In this document: piece by piece, positions 61,014 to 64,000 of the stretch | Layout: each line of letters starts with the position of its first letter | Position numbering within the stretch: the stretch's first letter is position 1 | NCBI GenBank assembly: GCA_000165345.1 | Contig: CM000434.1 | Coordinates: forward strand, 992,001-1,056,000 | Direction of reading: 5' to 3' | Length of the DNA stretch: 64,000 nt | The notes under the pieces: generated by a model | The model's input: the letters and a program-made list of their open reading frames with translations, nothing else | What the model was told of the DNA's origin: nothing | Database searches by the model: none | Made by a program: the position numbers and the translations under genes

Positions 61014-64000
61014 TCAATGGTATGTTGCGGCTTCTCTCCACATGACAAAGTTCTCAATAATTCCATCTCTTTCACTCTTTGATTTTGCTTTTAATGAAAG
61101 TTCCATACCCTGTGGCTGGTCTTCTGATGGTGGCCCAACTACTACAAAGCAAGTAGGTCCAGTAATCTTCCTTGGTTCTACCATATTTGCAGCCTTCAAA
61201 ACCGTACTTTGGAGGCCTTTCCAAATGTTTCTAATCTTTCCAATTGGCAAGGAGTTATTGAAATCATTATCTTTAGTACCAACCTTCCATTCAAGTTTGT
61301 ACAAGTCTTGAGAAGCTCTCCATGTAAACTCATCTCTTGACTTCCCATCCAAAACTATCTTAAGTTTTCCACCGTTTCTCAAGAAGTCTTTGGTCTCCTT
61401 TGGCAAATCTTGTACACCATTTGGATAAGGTTCAACATTCCAATGAGTAATATCGAAGTCAAATTCACCACAAAGAACTGATAAAGCTGAGTAATCACCA
61501 GACATTATGGCTGTGCTTACACCTGTGACGAAGTCCTTTCTTGCTCCTTTTGCTTTAGAAGCTGAATTTTCTAAAGCATTTCTAAAGTCATCATTTACTA
61601 TTCCTGGAACTAAATCTAACGCGTATTTGCTCAAGAATGAAATATACTGACATATCAAAGCAGTAGAATCCATATCAGAAGCAAAAATTGTCATTACTTT
61701 GCTCATTACATTCACAGTTTCACTGTTTGCTATTGATTCAATACATAAATTCTCAGAAAGTAAATAAGCCATAATACCAAATCCAGCTCTCATTAAACGA
61801 AGATGTCTTCCATTCTCCTCCTTGTGAATTGCATGATTCACAGATTTTACAATTGCATTGCAATCATTCACATCCAACTGGCAAACTTGGTATCCTTTTG
61901 GTGCATCAGCTGCACTATATTCTGAGTCTGGGCTTCCTGAATAAAGAAGTCCAAGCAATACACGAATAGCTTCTACAAGAACAAGAGTCTGATCTGAGCT
62001 ATTCTTGATAGATTCACAAATTGACTGTGCTCCACCAATACTAAGGAAGTCTAAAGCATTGCTTGGATCTGACATACAACGACGAAGGAGTCTGAAAGCT
62101 GCAATCTTAAGATCTGAACTACCTTCTTTACCTTCAACAATGCTAATAATAACTCTATATATACCAGCAGAAACCAAGTAATCCATTTGTTCAGGAACTG
62201 AAGTCTGATATGATAAAAGATGAATAGCAGAGGTCATTAATCCTGTATCATAATCGTTCTTTAGTAATTGTTTAATTACTATATCAGTTCCATTTGCCTT
62301 AAAGAAGTCTGCTGCATTACTTGGACTTCTACAAAGCATTGAAAGAACATCGAAACATAATCTCTTGATGTCTGGATCATCTCCTGGAGCGTTTAATACT
62401 AAATTCAACAATGGTTGAATTAAAATATTAAATGAAGCTAATTGACTTGCCTCATTCTCAGATGCAATATTACATAAAGTACGTAATTCCATCAAAATTG
62501 TTTCTTTTGGTAAGTTGGAAGAAACTTCTAATAAATGATTGAAAACTTTCTCTATATGACTTGAAGCGAAAACTGCGATATTTGGAGTGTATAAACACAT
62601 ATTTGCTACAGCTTTTAATACTGACATAAAAGCCCTTGTTGCGATTCTTTCTTGCTCTCCATTATAAGAGTTTAAGAATTGAACAATTAATGCAGGGATA
62701 CCAGAAGATCCAAGTTCTTTCTTTGTTTCGTCTTTCTTGTATCCAAGATTTACAATCAAAACACCCAAAGAATTTATTACATCCCAATAGCCAATGTAAG
62801 AATTAAACAAAGACTTTATAATTTCTGGACCTTTTGATTTGGTAAAGATTTGTTTATTATTGGTATGTTGAATGGTTAAATTTGCTAAAGCTAAACAACC
62901 ATTTGTTACTGTTGGAGAAATCTGTTCTGGTGGCATCTTGATTGAAGCTCTAAGTAACTCACATATTGAATCAATACCACCATTCTCTCCAATTTCTGAT
63001 TTAATATTTGGAATAATTGCAAGAGAACCCAACAAATACAAAACATCTGGAAGAACTCCAATATCATTCTTTGCTTTAATGATTGCAATCAATCTCTTTA
63101 ATACATTTGCATTCAATAAAGCGCTAACAAAGTCATCAGACACAATTCTTCTTAAAGCTCTAAATACATGTCTCAAGATATTTAAAGAGTACTTTTTATT
63201 ATCATAGGCTTCCCAAATTGAAAGCAATATATCAAGCATTGAGGTTCCTACGAAGAGTTGTCTGCTAACAGCAATTTTCTCAACCAGTTGGATGCGTACA
63301 ATCAATAATTCTTCTTTTTTTGCTTCATCCATTGGACTTGCGTGGATTTCCTGAACAAAATCACAACATATCTGAGCAGTACCTGGTGCTGTTGCACATT
63401 GAATCGCTGCTTTATCAGACTTTGCAATATCAATGAGACCACTTGCAATAGCTTGTTTTGTATCACAATCTTGATTTTGAATATTTAATAACATAGTTTT
63501 TGGCCATTGGTTATCAACCAAATATTCAACATCTTCAGGAATGCTTGATATTACTTGAGCAGCCATACATCCAAATTTAAAATCAATGGAAGTTGGTCCA
63601 TCCATTTTTTGAGTAACAAGCTGAGACATTGTTTGAACAAGATACTCTAACTTCTCAGCTACAGCTGTTGACTCTGTAATACTGAGAGAAAGTCCTTCAG
63701 CTTCTCTACGTTTGAGCATATCATACACAACCTTGAGTGAAAGTTCTGCTGGTATATCAGAAGCCATGGTATTTGTAATCTCTTCAACCTTTGCCTTCAA
63801 AGCTTGTCCAAATTCATCACCATAATAATCTCCAAGCTGTGAAATTGCATTAAGTATATCATCAGTACATTGATTTTGGGACATCTCTACACCCATTCCT
63901 TGAATCTGAGCGAGATTAAGCATTAAATCAGCAACTGCATCAGCTGCATATGGATCAGCTGTTACTACTGGTAATGCAGAAGTTGCAAGAATTGGGAGTA
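61014..64000 (-). CDS. armadillo/HEAT-like repeat protein with C-terminal PH-like domain (5' end of gene lies beyond window; reading frame stays open upstream of Met at 63923)
   Basis: At least 969 aa. Repeated amphipathic helical repeats, C-terminal beta-rich PH-like segment (EFTWRASQDLYKLEWKV…CFVVVG…IIENFVMW). Minus-strand frame has no stop between 63924 and 64000, so N-terminus is probably truncated by the window edge. Confidence 0.6.
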   Translation of the reverse strand, partial: LPILATSALPVVTADPYAADAVADLMLNLAQIQGMGVEMSQNQCTDDILNAISQLGDYYGDEFGQALKAKVEEITNTMASDIPAELSLKVVYDMLKRREAEGLSLSITESTAVAEKLEYLVQTMSQLVTQKMDGPTSIDFKFGCMAAQVISSIPEDVEYLVDNQWPKTMLLNIQNQDCDTKQAIASGLIDIAKSDKAAIQCATAPGTAQICCDFVQEIHASPMDEAKKEELLIVRIQLVEKIAVSRQLFVGTSMLDILLSIWEAYDNKKYSLNILRHVFRALRRIVSDDFVSALLNANVLKRLIAIIKAKNDIGVLPDVLYLLGSLAIIPNIKSEIGENGGIDSICELLRASIKMPPEQISPTVTNGCLALANLTIQHTNNKQIFTKSKGPEIIKSLFNSYIGYWDVINSLGVLIVNLGYKKDETKKELGSSGIPALIVQFLNSYNGEQERIATRAFMSVLKAVANMCLYTPNIAVFASSHIEKVFNHLLEVSSNLPKETILMELRTLCNIASENEASQLASFNILIQPLLNLVLNAPGDDPDIKRLCFDVLSMLCRSPSNAADFFKANGTDIVIKQLLKNDYDTGLMTSAIHLLSYQTSVPEQMDYLVSAGIYRVIISIVEGKEGSSDLKIAAFRLLRRCMSDPSNALDFLSIGGAQSICESIKNSSDQTLVLVEAIRVLLGLLYSGSPDSEYSAADAPKGYQVCQLDVNDCNAIVKSVNHAIHKEENGRHLRLMRAGFGIMAYLLSENLCIESIANSETVNVMSKVMTIFASDMDSTALICQYISFLSKYALDLVPGIVNDDFRNALENSASKAKGARKDFVTGVSTAIMSGDYSALSVLCGEFDFDITHWNVEPYPNGVQDLPKETKDFLRNGGKLKIVLDGKSRDEFTWRASQDLYKLEWKVGTKDNDFNNSLPIGKIRNIWKGLQSTVLKAANMVEPRKITGPTCFVVVGPPSEDQPQGMELSLKAKSKSERDGIIENFVMWREAATYH

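Noticed and set aside
1-64000. Prokaryotic-style systems (operons, CRISPR arrays, defence islands, IS elements), rRNA or tRNA genes
   Set aside because: Sequence is eukaryotic (spliceosomal intron, eukaryote-type RPS5, proteasome, myosin, TRAPP, pol delta). No direct-repeat/spacer arrays, no terminal inverted repeats with transposase, and no rRNA- or tRNA-like structured segments were seen.

Overview
This window is AT-rich (roughly 30% GC), densely packed eukaryotic nuclear DNA, not a prokaryotic locus. About 23 protein-coding genes sit on both strands, almost all as single uninterrupted ORFs separated by 0.1-1 kb spacers. I found one clear short spliceosomal intron (GTAAGT...AG, 59 nt) at the 3' end of the first gene. 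Nearly every 5' intergenic region carries the E2F-like palindrome TTTGGCGCCAAA/GGCGGGAAA. These usually come with GCATGCA (AP2-type) boxes and a G-box-like CCCCACAC[TA] element. Together with compactness, intron poverty and composition, I infer an apicomplexan of the genus Cryptosporidium; this is inference, not a database match. Recognisable housekeeping genes include MO25, GPN3 GTPase, 40S ribosomal protein S5, a histidine phosphatase, a myosin heavy chain, proteasome ATPase Rpt1, TRAPPC8/Trs85-like, an RRM/PWI splicing-type protein, PP2A B''-type subunit, prolyl-tRNA synthetase with N-terminal YbaK-like domain, DNA polymerase delta catalytic subunit, a RecQ helicase, and a Tim8/13-type small Tim. 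The most unusual item is an 11.46-kb single ORF (3819 aa) with an N-terminal MATH domain, an apparently catalytically degenerate USP-like region, and a C-terminal RluA-type pseudouridine synthase-like domain split by a long acidic insertion. These are interleaved with several in-frame microsatellites (poly-Ser, DQ/GQ, Gly-rich, an 18-nt tandem). Other points of interest are promoter-type motif clusters inside coding sequence (RecQ 5' end and the gene at 22221), E2F-like sites in a convergent 3' spacer, two long shared cis-elements between unrelated promoters, a perfect 18+18 AT palindrome, a GST-fold protein with N/Q-rich extensions, and a Tyr/Pro-rich membrane protein. I see no rRNA, tRNA, CRISPR or transposon features.
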